64,000 nucleotides of DNA from Opitutus sp. GAS368 (GTDB lineage: Bacteria > Verrucomicrobiota > Verrucomicrobiia > Opitutales > Opitutaceae), in contig CAMBLN010000001.1 of the NCBI GenBank assembly GCA_945868215.1, forward strand, positions 5,424-69,423, written 5' to 3'. How positions within the stretch are numbered: position 1 is the first letter of the stretch; every line of letters starts with the position of its first letter. Both the position numbers and the translations under genes were made by a program. The notes under the pieces were generated by a model. It worked only from the letters and a program-made list of their open reading frames with translations. It did not search any database and was not told the origin of the DNA. This document shows positions 20,981 through 31,040 of the stretch, piece after piece.

Positions 20981-22078
20981 ATGTCCTTCGCCCTGCCCTC
21001 CGTCCACGGCGAACCATCCTGGTCGCTCGAATGCGACCGCGTCCGCCTACACGTCACCGCGCGCGGCGGCCACATCGCACCCGTCGAGTTTCTTCTTCCC
21101 GACAAGCGGCGCTTTGCCCCTTACTCGCTGGCTCCGTGGACGCCCGCCGCGCACCCCGACGCACCGCCCATCCTGCAAATCCTGCGCGGCGACTTTTTCT
21201 GTTTTCCGTTCGGAGCCGACGACACGTTCCCCTCCATCCACGGCGCCCCCGCCAACGCGCCGTGGTCCCGCGTCTCCGCCGAGGCGGGTCGCCTCGACCT
21301 TGCACTCGATCTAGACCGGCCGGCGGGCGGACGCGTTGAGAAAACCCTCACGCTGCGTGCCGGCCACTCCGCGCTTTACCAGGAACACCGTATCTCCGGC
21401 GTGTCGGGAAATTTCAACTACGGCCATCATCCCGTTTTGCACATTCCCGAAGGCGAAACCGCCGAGTTGCGCACCAGCCCGCTGCGTTTTGCCGGCGTTT
21501 ACGATTATCCGCCGTCCGAAGAACGCCACGCGCTCGCCGCCGGCGCACGCTTCACCTCGCTCGACGACGCGCCGCTCGCCGCCGGAGGCGTCACCTCGCT
21601 GAAACGTTATCCGACCCGCCCCGGCCACGAGGACATTGTCATGCTGACGCCCGCCACCACCGTGAGCGGACTCGCCTGGACCGCGCTCACGTTCTCCCGC
21701 TGCTTATGGGTTTCGCTGCGCAACGTCGCCGATTTTCCCTCGACACTCCTCTGGATGTCCGACGGCGGACGCGACGCGCTTCCGTGGAACGGTTGCCATA
21801 CCCGGCGCATCGGCGTCGAAGACGTGTGCTCGCACTTCTGCGATGGCGCGCTCGTCAGCCGCGAAGACCGACTGCGGGCCGAAGGTGTTCGAACGAGTCG
21901 CGAGTTCCGCGCCGACAACCCGGTTTCTTTGCGCCATATCCAATTCGTCGCGCCGGTCCCGCCCGATTTCGGCGGACTCGCCGACGTGGAATATCACGCC
22001 GACGCGCAAGCCGTCACCTTGCACGGTGAAAACGGTGCACGCATCCTCACACCGCTGGACTGGAACTTTCTCACCTGA
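20981..22078 (+). CDS. Galactose mutarotase/aldose-1-epimerase-like beta-sandwich protein
   Basis: LRGDFFCFPFG, IHGAPAN and NYGHHPVL His motifs; co-oriented 10 bp after the GH10 gene. Confidence 0.55.
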   Translation: MSFALPSVHGEPSWSLECDRVRLHVTARGGHIAPVEFLLPDKRRFAPYSLAPWTPAAHPDAPPILQILRGDFFCFPFGADDTFPSIHGAPANAPWSRVSAEAGRLDLALDLDRPAGGRVEKTLTLRAGHSALYQEHRISGVSGNFNYGHHPVLHIPEGETAELRTSPLRFAGVYDYPPSEERHALAAGARFTSLDDAPLAAGGVTSLKRYPTRPGHEDIVMLTPATTVSGLAWTALTFSRCLWVSLRNVADFPSTLLWMSDGGRDALPWNGCHTRRIGVEDVCSHFCDGALVSREDRLRAEGVRTSREFRADNPVSLRHIQFVAPVPPDFGGLADVEYHADAQAVTLHGENGARILTPLDWNFLT

Positions 22079-22151
22079 GCTCGCTTCGTCTTGCTCATCC
22101 GCAACCCGCGCCGTCTTGGAAACAACCGCGCTCGGGGGGCGACCAAGCCGT

Positions 22152-23087
22152 CTAGTTTAACGCGCGCCACGTTTCGCCGACCCGAGCCTCGGCCTCGGAG
22201 AAACGGCGCCTCCATGCGGCATAAGCATCCGCATCAACAGGCAGGCCGGCGAGCCGGCGGGCATTCTCCGCATTGCGCCGCAGTTTATCGGGATCCGAGG
22301 CTCCGATGATCGCGGCATGCACACCCGCCGACTGAAACACGAACCGCAGCGCGGATTCATCCCATCCCAAACCGTCCGGCGCGATCGCGGCCGAACAGCC
22401 CATCGCTCGCAAGCGGCGCACGTAGGGCGCATCGTGCGCATCACGCCACGTGTCCTCGGGACGCCCCAGATGCCGCCATGCGGCGTTGGCGAGCGAACGC
22501 TTGGTCATAACGGCAATGCCCCGGGCTTCAGCGATGGGCAAAAGGGCGAGCACGTTGGCCTGATCCGCGACGCTGAGACTCAACTCCAACACATCAAGGT
22601 CGGGCGTGGAGAAAGCCAGCTTCGCGCCCTCATTGTCGCCCGAGTAACCGATGGAACACACTTTGCCCGCCGTGCGGGCCGCACGCAGCACGTCGAAAGC
22701 ACGCTCCAGACGTGACGGATCGGGGTCGTAAGAATGGAGCAGCATTGCGTCGATATGGTCGGTTCGCAGACGTCTCAAGGCGGCGTCGATGTCGGCCGCC
22801 CCGATGTCAAGGGACCGCCAGCTCCCGTCGGCCAGGACTTCATGATGGCCGCACTTGGTCACGAGCGTCACCTCGCTGCGACAGCCGGCCAGCGCACGCC
22901 CGAGATGTTCCTCGGCGCGTCCATAGCATTGCGCCGCGTCGAAGAGCGTGACGCCTTCCTCGAGAGCGGTCGCCACCAGGCGGTCCGCGTCGGCATCCGT
23001 CGCTCCCGCAAGACTCGCTCCACCGAAGGCGAGGCGCGATACGACCAGCCCCGTGCGACCGAACGGTATGGAAGGGAGACCGCTCAT
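22152..23087 (-). CDS. Aldo/keto reductase
   Basis: Start MSGLPSIPFGRTGLVVSRLAFGG (ATGA overlap with the fucosidase stop); FDAAQCYG, VTKCG, LRRLRTDHIDAMLLH, IGYSG. Confidence 0.85.
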   Translation of the reverse strand: MSGLPSIPFGRTGLVVSRLAFGGASLAGATDADADRLVATALEEGVTLFDAAQCYGRAEEHLGRALAGCRSEVTLVTKCGHHEVLADGSWRSLDIGAADIDAALRRLRTDHIDAMLLHSYDPDPSRLERAFDVLRAARTAGKVCSIGYSGDNEGAKLAFSTPDLDVLELSLSVADQANVLALLPIAEARGIAVMTKRSLANAAWRHLGRPEDTWRDAHDAPYVRRLRAMGCSAAIAPDGLGWDESALRFVFQSAGVHAAIIGASDPDKLRRNAENARRLAGLPVDADAYAAWRRRFSEAEARVGETWRALN

Positions 23088-24331
23088 GATACAAGTTCCA
23101 GCCGCGCCACACGCACCACACGTTGCTCTCCGTAGGGGTGCGCGGTGGCGTCGAATGTCAAAACACCGCGCGCCACATCCTGCGTGAAAACGAGTTCTTC
23201 GCCGTTGTCGGTCCAGGTCACGCGCGCGATGCGGGGCAACGCGCCTTGAATCGTGCGCAACCCGCGACCCGGCTCGCCATGGTGCAGGTGGACGTTGTCG
23301 GTGATTTCCAAATCGTGCGCGAAGTAGTGATACGCACCGCCGCCCTGCAGCACGAAATCTTCGCGGCGACAGAGCACCGGGGCCGGGCGCCCGTCGTAGA
23401 TGCTTTGGCCGCAGGTCTCGATCCAACGTCCGACCAGCGCGAGCGAAGCCGCCTCATACGCGGGCAATGCCCCCCCCGGCGTGGGGCCGACGTTCATCAA
23501 GAGGTTTGCTCCGTAGCGACGGCACTCGGCGAGAATACGAATCACCTCGGCCGGACTCTTCATTGAGAAATCCCGGTTCGACGCGCCCCAATGGCTGTTG
23601 AACGTCTCGCAGCGTTCGCGCGCGAGGTAACGTCCCGCGCCGGCGGCGACGGTCTTGGGTGCGCCTTGCTCAAAGGTCGCGATGTCCACCATCGGATGCG
23701 CCACGCGCCCGAGCGCCCCGGTGCTGGAGTTGTTCACGATGATTGCGTCGGGCTGATGTTTGCGCACGACGGCGTAGAGCGCGTCCTCCTTCCAGTCGCG
23801 ATCCTTGCGCCACCAGTTGCCGTCGAACCAGAAGCCGTCCACGCGCCCGTAGCGGGTCGCCAGAATCTCGATCGAGTCGTTGAGATATTTCAGGTAGTCG
23901 TCCCAACGGCCCGGCGCATCGAAGTCGGCGTGCCACCAATCGATGGTCGTGTGATAAAAAAACTTCCCCATGCCCTCGGCGTCGCACGCATCGGAAAACT
24001 CGCGCACCAGGTCGCGTTTCGCCGGGCTGTGAGGCGCGTCGAAGGTGTTTAACCCACACGTGTCGAAGAGCGAAAAGCCTTCGTGGTGCCGGGTCGTAAG
24101 ACACACGTAACGCATGCCCGCGGCCTTCGCTTGGCGCACCAGCGCGCACGCATCGAAATCACGCGCATCGAAGCGGTCGAACAGCTTCAGGTAATCGGCG
24201 CGCGCCGGCTTGCGGTGCTGCCAATACCACTCGCCACGCTCGGCGCAGGAGTAGAGTCCCCAGTGAAGAAAAAGGCCGTAGGCGAGCGATTCAAAGCGTT
24301 GGAGGCGCGCGGGGATTTCAGGAGCGTTCAT
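23084..24331 (-). CDS. GH29 alpha-L-fucosidase
   Basis: GLFLHWG, LTTRHHEGF, FWFDG (nucleophile Asp), LLMNVGP. Confidence 0.88.
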   Translation of the reverse strand: MNAPEIPARLQRFESLAYGLFLHWGLYSCAERGEWYWQHRKPARADYLKLFDRFDARDFDACALVRQAKAAGMRYVCLTTRHHEGFSLFDTCGLNTFDAPHSPAKRDLVREFSDACDAEGMGKFFYHTTIDWWHADFDAPGRWDDYLKYLNDSIEILATRYGRVDGFWFDGNWWRKDRDWKEDALYAVVRKHQPDAIIVNNSSTGALGRVAHPMVDIATFEQGAPKTVAAGAGRYLARERCETFNSHWGASNRDFSMKSPAEVIRILAECRRYGANLLMNVGPTPGGALPAYEAASLALVGRWIETCGQSIYDGRPAPVLCRREDFVLQGGGAYHYFAHDLEITDNVHLHHGEPGRGLRTIQGALPRIARVTWTDNGEELVFTQDVARGVLTFDATAHPYGEQRVVRVARLELVS

Positions 24332-24354
24332 GAGATGTCGTCGGGCGGTGGTGT

Positions 24355-26460
24355 TCAGCGCAACCAGAGGATCGCGGTGACGCCGCGCGGGTAATATTTA
24401 CTCCCGCAGGCCACGCCGGAAAGCATCTGGTCGCTCCACGCGAAAAACGCGTTGCGCGGATCAAGCAACCACGCGCGATGCGCGGCGTCGGCGCGGGCGT
24501 CTTCGGTCGGCGAAACCACGCCGAGGACTTGTTCGGCGACGGCTTGGCACAAGTAGATTTTCGAAAGCCACGAGTTGTTGCTGGTTGAGCTGAGTTTCCA
24601 GCCGCCGTCGGCGAAACGGCACAGGCCGCGCGCCGGGTCGAGCACGTGTTCGAGGTGGCGTTTCAACGTCGCCAGCAGCGGCGCATACGGGGAGGCCGGC
24701 GAGAATACGCCTCTGAGTCCGAGCGCCCAAGGAAACACCAAACCTTCGACCGCCGGGATGATCGCGCTGTCCACACCTTCGAACAACACGGCCGGCAACG
24801 TCGCGCGGCCTTCGCCGGCGGCGACGATCGTCGCCGCAGCACGGCGGGCTTGCGCGCCGGCTTCGGCGGCGGACGAGGCAACTCCTCGTTGCGACCAGAA
24901 GTCTTCGAGCGCAAGCGCGGCGGCCCAGGATTTGACCGCAAGGTAGAGGTTGTTGCGCGCCTGTCCGAGCGAAGCATCGAGGCTGTCGTAGGTGGTTATC
25001 TCACTGCCGCCATCGCAGCGCGAGCTATCGAAGCCCATGACGCCGTTGCGCCGCGCCGGATCGGGATGGTCGCGCACGAGCAAGCTCGCCTGACATTCGC
25101 CGAGCGTGGGCGCAACCGCGTCGGCCCAAGCGGTGTCTCCGGTGTGGCGCGCGTAGAGCGTCGCGCAGAGGACAAAATTGACGAGTTGCTCGTGCGTCAT
25201 GTGCGAGAAACACCCGTGAAGCCCGTCGAGTTCGTAGGCGGAGCGGCCGGCGGGACTGAAGCCGTTGGCGATGCCCATGTCGTGGGTGAAACTCACGCCG
25301 CCGGGGTGGCGTTGTTTTGTGACCGGATCGACCACCTCGTCGACGTAGCGGTAGCGGCGCATAAACCAGTCGAGTTGGTTGCGCACGACCCACGGGTTAA
25401 GGCGAAGCTCGAAAAAGAGGTGGTCCACCGTGAGGTCGAACGTATTCATCATTCGATACTCGCCCTCGTTGACGACCCAGAAGGGCCGCCCGTCTTCGGT
25501 CATCAAGAGTTCCGTGCTGCCGTAGTAACTGCGCACGGCGTGCGCGAGTTGGAAGCGGCGGTCCGGCGAAAGCGCGTCGATTCCCGCGAGCGCGGACGGA
25601 GTCGCCGAAGCCGCGATGACCGTGTCGGCTTGCGCGAGCGCGGCGCTCCCGACCGCGTCGATGTCGGCAAACCAGCGCGTGTAGGCGTAGCGTGTCGGCA
25701 CGCCGGTCGTGGCGATGCCACCACGATAAAACGCCAGCGCGAACCGCACCGTGCGGCGCTCGCCGGGCGCAGCCTCGATGACGATGCCCGTAGTGGCGCC
25801 GAGCGCGAACCGGTCGTTGTTCGGGTGAGCCGGGGCGAGCAGTTTCGCGGGTGTGAAACCCTGTGCGGGTTTAACGCCAGGTTCGTCGGGCGCGAAAATC
25901 GCGGTGACTCCGCCTTGCCCGGCGGCGACGAAACCAGGCCCCGACCACGTGCGCATCCAAGTGTAGGGATCTTTGCCCGAGTAGCCGAAGAATCCGCGAC
26001 GCGGACGCGTGCCGGCACGGTTATCGATGGTGAGCTCGGCCCACACCGCAGGGATCAACGCAGCGCGCAACTCCGCTTCCGACGCCGTCTCCGGGTCGGG
26101 GATAGCCACGACCTGCGTGTGCACGGTGAAAACCAGGTCCCCCGCCTGCCACGCGTCACGAGTGGCCGTAAAGTCGCGGGATACCTCCTCGCGCCCGAAC
26201 GAGCGGAACGCCGGCAGGCCCTCGTCGCCCGGCGCGACGGCGGACTCGACTTCGTAACGCGCCGCATCGTCGGTGCCCGCACCGAAAAACGGCAGCGCGT
26301 GAAACCCACCGCCCGCCGCGTCTTCGATCGCGATAAACACGTCCTCTTCGGCCGGGCCGCCGCGCTCGAGGCCAAAACCTCCGCGGGCCCCGGGCATGCC
26401 GAGGGTAAACGACGCAAAAGCGCCAAGAGGGGAATGATGGGCGTTGAACCAGATGGACAT
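24355..26460 (-). CDS. GH52 beta-xylosidase
   Basis: N-terminus FNAHHSPLGAFASFTLG, WVVNEGEYRMMNTFDLTVD, SFTHDMG, HMTHEQLVN, EITTYDSLD, KYYPRGVT. Probable start is the ATG at 26460. Confidence 0.9.
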   Translation of the reverse strand: MSIWFNAHHSPLGAFASFTLGMPGARGGFGLERGGPAEEDVFIAIEDAAGGGFHALPFFGAGTDDAARYEVESAVAPGDEGLPAFRSFGREEVSRDFTATRDAWQAGDLVFTVHTQVVAIPDPETASEAELRAALIPAVWAELTIDNRAGTRPRRGFFGYSGKDPYTWMRTWSGPGFVAAGQGGVTAIFAPDEPGVKPAQGFTPAKLLAPAHPNNDRFALGATTGIVIEAAPGERRTVRFALAFYRGGIATTGVPTRYAYTRWFADIDAVGSAALAQADTVIAASATPSALAGIDALSPDRRFQLAHAVRSYYGSTELLMTEDGRPFWVVNEGEYRMMNTFDLTVDHLFFELRLNPWVVRNQLDWFMRRYRYVDEVVDPVTKQRHPGGVSFTHDMGIANGFSPAGRSAYELDGLHGCFSHMTHEQLVNFVLCATLYARHTGDTAWADAVAPTLGECQASLLVRDHPDPARRNGVMGFDSSRCDGGSEITTYDSLDASLGQARNNLYLAVKSWAAALALEDFWSQRGVASSAAEAGAQARRAAATIVAAGEGRATLPAVLFEGVDSAIIPAVEGLVFPWALGLRGVFSPASPYAPLLATLKRHLEHVLDPARGLCRFADGGWKLSSTSNNSWLSKIYLCQAVAEQVLGVVSPTEDARADAAHRAWLLDPRNAFFAWSDQMLSGVACGSKYYPRGVTAILWLR

Positions 26461-26540
26461 GGGTAAAAAACGGAATCTTAGGGAGCAGACGCGCGGCACC
26501 TATCAAGGGTCCGCCAATGTCGCGAGGGACGCGCATTGCA

Positions 26541-26653
26541 TTTAACGTAACACCCTTTGTCGAGCCGGTAATCCACGTGCCCGCACCGAGTGAATACCAA
26601 CGAAAAGTCCCGGTCGATGAATGTGGGCTTGCTCCATTTAATGTAACGATACA
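26541..26653. promoter_or_regulatory. Two putative operator boxes (TTTAACGTAACA 26541-26552; TGTAACGATACA 26642-26653) in a divergent promoter region
   Basis: Two consensus matches between the GH52 gene (-) and the unknown secreted protein (+). Confidence 0.5.
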
Positions 26654-26695
26654 CCCTCTCCACCGACAGCCTGCCTGCTACAACCCTTTCCCCGC

Positions 26696-28696
26696 TTGAT
26701 CATGCTTTTCTTTCCGCAGACCACGCTTCGCCGCGTATTTTCCCCGTTCCCCGTTCTTGTTTACCTGCTCGTTTCCCTGGTGGCGAAAGGCCAGGCCGCT
26801 CCGCCTGAGGCCGGCAAAAGCGGCGGTGCTCTGCAAGCAGGCCCGCGAGTTGAACGCAACCGGTTCTTCTTTGCCGGCAGTTCCGGGGCAACGTCATTCA
26901 AGGGACTGCACCGCCTCGACAATGGCGAGATCCTCATCTGCGGCGGCACCGACGACCTTGGCTGGACCGGTGACGCCCCGCGCACCGTGTGGGCGTTGCC
27001 CGCCGACACGGCGAAGGGGGCGGGCGGCACGCGTATCGGGTTCGTATTGCGGATGTCTCCGGACCTCACGCGCATTGTCGGCGTTTATCACTTCCCAAAA
27101 GGCGCAATGGAGGAGATCACGCGCATCCGCTCGACCGAAGTCCCCGGCGCCGCCACTGGCGACTTATATCTGAGCGGACGCTTTTCCGGGCTTTCCGGGG
27201 CTGAGGACGCGTATTGGATCGGCCGCGTTGCCGGCAACATGGTGCGCACGCCCGCGAGCGGTTTGGCCTGGTTGTTTACGGTTTCCACCCCGGGCACGCG
27301 CGGCCGCGATAAACCCCAGCCTGCCGATTACGCCGTCCGCCAGCCGTGGGATGTCCGTTCCGACGGTCGGGTGATATTCACCGAAGGCACGCCAACCTGG
27401 CATAAGTGGGCCGCCCTGCGCATCCTCAACGCCGATGGCCGCCCCGGTGCCCTGCCCGGCTGGATTACCGAAGGACCGAACAACAACTTCCTCGCACTTA
27501 AACCCGGTCGAGCCGGCAGCCTGCGCTCCACCACGGCGGAGGATTTTAATCACCGGCAGGACGACGAGAACGACAACCCGGGGCGCAAGGGGCGCTATCC
27601 CGATGATTATTACTTCTCCAGCCACGACTCCAACAAAGGCCCTGGCTACACCGGTTATCGCGCGACCAGCAATACCCAGCGCGTGAGCCAGCTCTCCATC
27701 GACCGGCGCGACAACTCCCTTTACTTCGGTTATTCCACCCAGACTAAACTGCCCAACGGCCTGCCCGACTTCGAGCCTGCCTTGGTGGGCTTGAATGCCG
27801 AGGGGCGGCTCCTCTGGTGGGCGCGCGGTTACCGCGAGATCGAGCGCACCGCCGAGAACAAAGACACCCACCCCGACGCCCTCAATTCACCGCCCGACCA
27901 ATACGTGGATCACGTCGCCGTCGATTATAAGAACGACCGCGTATTCGCCGTCTTCAGGTCGCACGGGGGCAACGTAATCAACTTCTGGAACGGCAATAAA
28001 ATCGTGCGCAACCAGCCTCACGAAGGCTTCCAGAACACCCTTCAAAACACGGGCAACGTGCACGTCAGCTGGCTCGGTTGCTACGGCCTGCGCGATGGCA
28101 AGATCTACCACAGCTCCTGGATCGCCGAGCTGTCCGAAGGCGCCGGCAACCTCGGCCCGCCCTTCCTTTCCGGAAACCTGCAAGGCTGGCCCCGCCCGAA
28201 CAAGGGCTGGACCCGCCAAAACACCACCCAGGTGCAGTCCCTGGCCGTGGACGACCAAGGTCGCCCCGCCATTCTCGCGATCGGTCGTCGCCCTTACACG
28301 ACCCGCTACGCACTGATTGAAAACGTAAAACCCGGCGAAGGTAAGTCCGCCTGGGCGCCCTTCCTCCGCGTCTACGCCGACAACCTCCGCTCCCTCGATT
28401 ACTCCACCCTGCTCCGCGGTCCGTGGGACGCCACCACCGGCACCGACACGGACGACAAGTTCCGCCCGCACGCCGTGCTTCCGCTCAATGGCGGTCTGGT
28501 GGTCGTCGGCGAACACCTGCTGGGTGCATCCGGCGCGATCTCCGCCCCGCCTCCGCTCGCCCCCGCCGCCTGGGGCGCCTCCCAACCACCCGGCAAGGCC
28601 GCCAGCGGCTTCGTGGCCTTGGCTATGATGGATGACGAAGAGGCCGACGGCCCCGCCCCCGCCGACATGGGCGCCCGGCCTCGCTCGCTTTACTAA
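26696..28696 (+). CDS. Secreted protein of unknown function, probable beta-propeller (paralog of 2660..4612)
   Basis: 666 aa with a signal-like N-terminus. Shares blocks such as NPGRKGRYPDDYYFS.HDS.KGPGYTGYR, LPDFEPA and NSPPDQYVD with 2660..4612. Confidence 0.75.
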   Translation: MIMLFFPQTTLRRVFSPFPVLVYLLVSLVAKGQAAPPEAGKSGGALQAGPRVERNRFFFAGSSGATSFKGLHRLDNGEILICGGTDDLGWTGDAPRTVWALPADTAKGAGGTRIGFVLRMSPDLTRIVGVYHFPKGAMEEITRIRSTEVPGAATGDLYLSGRFSGLSGAEDAYWIGRVAGNMVRTPASGLAWLFTVSTPGTRGRDKPQPADYAVRQPWDVRSDGRVIFTEGTPTWHKWAALRILNADGRPGALPGWITEGPNNNFLALKPGRAGSLRSTTAEDFNHRQDDENDNPGRKGRYPDDYYFSSHDSNKGPGYTGYRATSNTQRVSQLSIDRRDNSLYFGYSTQTKLPNGLPDFEPALVGLNAEGRLLWWARGYREIERTAENKDTHPDALNSPPDQYVDHVAVDYKNDRVFAVFRSHGGNVINFWNGNKIVRNQPHEGFQNTLQNTGNVHVSWLGCYGLRDGKIYHSSWIAELSEGAGNLGPPFLSGNLQGWPRPNKGWTRQNTTQVQSLAVDDQGRPAILAIGRRPYTTRYALIENVKPGEGKSAWAPFLRVYADNLRSLDYSTLLRGPWDATTGTDTDDKFRPHAVLPLNGGLVVVGEHLLGASGAISAPPPLAPAAWGASQPPGKAASGFVALAMMDDEEADGPAPADMGARPRSLY

Positions 28697-28724
28697 ACAA
28701 AGAACGTTTTCACCACTTTGTCAC

Positions 28725-28765
28725 TTGAACGTTACACTCATTTAGTTGCTTACTTTATCGTTTTA
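28725..28765. promoter_or_regulatory. Two putative operator boxes (TTGAACGTTACA 28725-28736; TTTATCGTTTTA 28754-28765)
   Basis: Consensus-like boxes directly upstream of the GH130 start. The second 12-mer is identical to 48977-48988. Confidence 0.45.
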
Positions 28766-29724
28766 TGGAGCCCGCTAGTATTCCCGCCTACGCGCGTATC
28801 GATTGCGATGTTTTCCGGCGACACCCCGACAACCCTATTTTAACCGGGCGGAGTTTCCCGACGCGCATGCGGGCGGTTTACAACTCGTCCGCCATCAAGA
28901 CCGGCCCCGGCCGTTACGTGATGATTTGCCGCGTCAACCAGCTCAACCACATGACGCTGCTCTGGCCGGCCGACAGCACCGACGGGATTCACTTCACGCC
29001 GCGCGCCGAGCCTTACGCCATGCCGACCGATCCGCTTTGGCGCTCCGTCGCGCGTTCCGTTTACTACGATCCGCGCATCACGTTTATCGACGGCGAATAC
29101 AAGGTGTTCATCGCGTGCGAGGGCGACCAGGGCTGCCGCGTCGCGCTCTTCCGCTCGCCGGACCTCCAAGCCCTCGAATTCGTCAATTACATCAACGTTC
29201 CCAGCAACCGGAACATGGTGCTCTTCCCCGAGAAGACCGCCGATGGTCGCTACCTGCGGCTCGAACGGCCCAACAACGAATCAGGCAAGGGCAACATCTG
29301 GCTCTCCCACAGTCCCGACCTCATTCACTGGGGCGATTCGCACGAGGTCCTCAAGACCACGCAGCTCTGGAACTTCGCCTACTCCGGATTGGGCGCCTCC
29401 ACCGTCCCGTTGCGCACCGACGAGGGTTGGCTGATGATTTTCCACGCCGTGATGAACAACTGCACGACGCGCGAATACAGCGTCGGCGCCGCCCTGCTCG
29501 ATCTGGAGCAGCCGTGGATCGTTCGCCACCTGACCAAGCACCCCATCCTCTTCCCCGAGGCACCCTACGAGATGCAGGGCTGCGTGGAGCACGTCTGCTT
29601 CCCATGTGCCAAAATCCTCGAAGAAGACGGCACCCTCAAACTCTACTACGGTGGCGCTGACACCGTTCAATGCGTCGCCGAAGCCCGGCTCAGCGATATC
29701 CTCCACGCCTGCAAGCACTGGTAA
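28765..29724 (+). CDS. GH130 beta-mannoside phosphorylase/glycosidase family
   Basis: AVYNSSA, YDPRIT, NRNMVLFPEK, RLERP, LMIFHAV, CFPCA, LYYGGADT. Confidence 0.85.
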   Translation: MEPASIPAYARIDCDVFRRHPDNPILTGRSFPTRMRAVYNSSAIKTGPGRYVMICRVNQLNHMTLLWPADSTDGIHFTPRAEPYAMPTDPLWRSVARSVYYDPRITFIDGEYKVFIACEGDQGCRVALFRSPDLQALEFVNYINVPSNRNMVLFPEKTADGRYLRLERPNNESGKGNIWLSHSPDLIHWGDSHEVLKTTQLWNFAYSGLGASTVPLRTDEGWLMIFHAVMNNCTTREYSVGAALLDLEQPWIVRHLTKHPILFPEAPYEMQGCVEHVCFPCAKILEEDGTLKLYYGGADTVQCVAEARLSDILHACKHW

Positions 29725-31038
29725 ATGCCCTCCATGTCCTCCTCGATTGTTCCCCCGCTAACCCGGTCCGCCACCGACTCCAAACTCACGCCCGCCCCGG
29801 CGTCGCTTCCCCTGACCGCCGAGCCCGCCGGTCATTGGTTCGACTCCGCCGCTTGCGGCATGTTTTTCCATTGGGGGCCCTACAGCGTCGCCGCCCGCGG
29901 CGAGTGGGTCATGAACCGCGAGTGCATACCGGCAGCCGAATACCAGGAACGCTACATCAACCCGTGGAAAGCCGAGTCCTTTGACGCCGACGAATGGATG
30001 AATCTGGCCGTGCGCATGGGGGCCGACTACATCGTTTTCACGACCCGACACCACGACGGCTTCGCCCTCTGGAGAAGTGCGGTCAACCCGCACAACTCCA
30101 CCCGCCTTGGCCCTCGCCGGGACATCGTCGCCGAGGTCGTCGCCGCCGCCCGCCGGGCCGGCCTTCGCATCGGGTTCTACTACTCCATCGCCAACTGGAT
30201 TCATCCGGATTACCCGGAGCCATTTGCCCGCGACTGGCCGCTCGACAAAGACTGGACCAGCCCCGCCCACCGCGAGCGGTTTCAAGCCTACGTCACGGCC
30301 GAGCTGCGCGAACTCCTCACCGGCTACGGCCGGGTGGATTACCTGTGGTTCGACGGACACGAACCGGCCTCCATTCGCAACCCCCGTTGGAACGCCCTCG
30401 CGCGCGAACTCCAGCCCGGCATTCTCATCAACAACCGCAACGGCCCCGATGGCGATGTAGTGATCTGCGAACAAAGCCTCCGCAACACACCCCCCATCGG
30501 GCGCTGGGAGGCGTGTTTCACGCTCAACCAAAACTGGGGCTATCACGCCCAAGACCTCTCCTACAAACACGAGTCCGAACTCCTCGCCTTGCTCATCAAG
30601 GTCAACGGCGGGGGCGGCAAGCTGCTCTTCAATATCGGCCCTCGCGGCGACGGCTCCGTGCCCGAAGAGAGTATTCACGTTATCACTACGTGCGGAGAAT
30701 GGATACGCAACCATCGCGCGCTGCTCCTCGACTCGGACAACCAATCCTTCAGCTGGAATAACTCGGCCCTCGCTTCCCGTAGAGACCGCTCGGTGATCCT
30801 GTATTTCATGCACGGCTTGCCCGCCGAATTCTGCTGGTCGGAAACCCGCACCCGCCTGCGCAGTGCCCGCCACCTGCCTTCCGGGCGCCTCGTTGACTTC
30901 TCCCAGCAAGGCGAACGCATCCACTTGTATCGCCTTAGAGAACAAGCCGCAACCGGCCTGTTTCCCGCGGTGGAATTGCTGTTCGACGAGACCCCGCTCC
31001 CGATCCAGGAGCAGAAGACGTTCTGGATTCCAGGCTAA
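29725..31038 (+). CDS. GH29 alpha-L-fucosidase (second copy)
   Basis: GMFFHWG, FTTRHHDGF, YLWFDG, LINNR, WEACFTLNQNWGY, LLFNIGP. Confidence 0.88.
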   Translation: MPSMSSSIVPPLTRSATDSKLTPAPASLPLTAEPAGHWFDSAACGMFFHWGPYSVAARGEWVMNRECIPAAEYQERYINPWKAESFDADEWMNLAVRMGADYIVFTTRHHDGFALWRSAVNPHNSTRLGPRRDIVAEVVAAARRAGLRIGFYYSIANWIHPDYPEPFARDWPLDKDWTSPAHRERFQAYVTAELRELLTGYGRVDYLWFDGHEPASIRNPRWNALARELQPGILINNRNGPDGDVVICEQSLRNTPPIGRWEACFTLNQNWGYHAQDLSYKHESELLALLIKVNGGGGKLLFNIGPRGDGSVPEESIHVITTCGEWIRNHRALLLDSDNQSFSWNNSALASRRDRSVILYFMHGLPAEFCWSETRTRLRSARHLPSGRLVDFSQQGERIHLYRLREQAATGLFPAVELLFDETPLPIQEQKTFWIPG

Positions 31039-31040
31039 CG

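Noticed and set aside
23088-23426. N-terminal extension of the aldo/keto reductase ORF
   Set aside because: It overlaps the GH29 gene; the AKR fold begins at ATG 23087.
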